Below are positions 62,621-64,000 of a stretch of DNA of 64,000 nt, one piece after another; positions within the stretch are counted from its first letter, which is position 1, and each line of letters opens with the position of its first letter. Below the pieces are notes generated by a model. That model was not told where the DNA came from. It searched no databases and saw nothing but the letters and a program-made list of their open reading frames with translations. This DNA comes from Raillietiella orientalis. Taxonomy: Eukaryota. A program made the position numbers and the translations under genes. The DNA is taken from NCBI GenBank assembly GCA_036172245.1, contig JAYWIR010000034.1, positions 62,001-126,000 of the forward strand. The letters are read 5' to 3'.

Positions 62621-64000
62621 GCAAGAGAAATAGAAAAACACGCAAAAAAAAAAAAGAGAGAAAGAGAGAGAGGGAGGGAGGTGATGGCGGGTGAGTTAGC
62701 CGTCATCCTTGCAAACAACGAAGTTTCCCATTTCCGTCGTCCCCCGCCCTCCCCGCGACCCTGAGACAAGCCGCGTACGGTTGCGCGCGGCCTCCTCGAT
62801 GACGACGACGACCGCTCAGGATGCGTACTGTGCGCGCGCGACGCCTTCCCTGGCGGCGAAATCCCTGGCGAGTTCACGCGGTGCTCGTTCTCCCGGTCCA
62901 TACGCGCGCAAACACTCTCTCTCACCATTCCCGCGAGAACCACAACCACCCAGGCTGCCCCTTCCTCGAGTCCCTTTCCTCCTCGTTCGTCTCGACTTTC
63001 CGACGCGCGGACCGAGCGGCGGCGGCCTTGGAGTTCCCAAGCCGAAGTCTTCCTCCCTCTCTTGTAGAGTGGGGCCTTCCTGTTGTCCGGAAGGGCCCGG
63101 GCTTGCACCCGGCGGGTTGCTTTCTCAGCGGGCGGGAGGAAGCAGGTTCGTCGAGACGCCGGATACGTGCTTTCAGAAGAGCCTTCCGAAGGGTCGGTCT
63201 GCTGCAGGTGCCTCTTCAGGTTCCGCATGGAAGTGGCGCCGTAGGGCCGCCGACGTTCGATTGCCTCGGGCTTCTTGCGGAAAGGAGGCGCGGCGAGCGG
63301 GACGCAGTTGCCGCCGCTCCCGCGCGACGTTTGACGCGTGTCGCGTACGAAACGAGGAGCAAATCGCTCCGAGGAGCAGCCTGGGGCGGTTCACCACATC
63401 CCTCTCGACTCTCATTGACGACATTCAGTCCGGGACTAGTGGTGGAGCTCGAAGCGTGCCGAGCAGCGGCGCGGAAGGGGGGAGGGGGGCGCCAGAGGTC
63501 AGCTGCGGCGGAGCCCACTTTCGTTGGTGTCTTCCAGGTACTCGCGCTTGTTCTCTCAGGGGAACAGCAGCAAAAGGGAGGGACCGTGACAGTGACGTCC
63601 TACGGGAAACACCCCAAAAGATAGGGAAGACATGGATGAGCTGAGCTTTTCGCGGCCCGTCGAAGAAGGCTGCGAACTGGAGCGCCAGGGGGGTTAGAAT
63701 GCTGAAAGACGCTCCCTTCCGTGTCCTCCCTGGTAACCCGGCAGCAGCATCCACGAAGACACCACCTTTGGACGGGCAAAACGACGGCATGGATCTCCGC
63801 GAGTGCGCTTGCGGAAGATGTACGTGCGTGCAAGTGGGACGGGATTTCGTACGGTACTTTTGCGAGTGAACGGGAGGCGGGAGAGCAATGCAAGGGAGAC
63901 GCGATGCCAGCCGGCTCTGCTCTCTCGGGATGAAGATGCTGACACGTTCGGCGCCAGTGCTGTGCCAGGAAAAAAGAAAAAAAGGGGGAGAGGAGTTGGG
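62621..64000 (-). mobile_element. GC/CpG-rich repeat region upstream of the ORF1-like sequence (possible LINE 5' leader)
   Basis: Clearly GC-rich and CpG-rich; shares a block with 500-1085; has strong pY-CAG acceptors at 62619-62620 and 63960-63961. Confidence 0.4.

Noticed and set aside
62709..63644. 311-aa, 267-aa and 205-aa overlapping ORFs
   Set aside because: Several frames on both strands are open, the sequence is R/S/P/G/A-biased with no recognisable domain, and this is expected by chance in GC-rich repeat DNA.

Overview
Eukaryotic (animal, probably arthropod-like from the protein sequences) genomic DNA, AT-rich with GC-rich repeat islands. I assembled four spliced host genes by hand, with every exon phase consistent: DPM3 (minus, 3796-4218, largely missed by the ORF track), a VAT-1-like MDR oxidoreductase (plus, 21388-23868), an ORP3/6/7-type oxysterol-binding protein (minus, 28774-32466) and SMG7 (plus, 46432-53889). 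Of the 33 CDS introns, 26 are only 36-51 nt. Many have no polypyrimidine tract, some skip nearer AGs, and every 3n-length intron of 84 nt or less carries an in-frame stop. Most intergenic DNA is decayed L1/Tx1-like LINEs. One GC-rich family shares a 30-nt 3' terminal AATAAA + stem-loop + short A-tail in five copies, two of which have clear target-site duplications, and forms a nested cluster at 11.8-18.1 kb. There are also several short perfect fold-back palindromes and a gene-body CpG-depletion mosaic. No CRISPR, rRNA, tRNA or prokaryotic features were seen. TE relic boundaries are approximate and based on motif recognition by eye.
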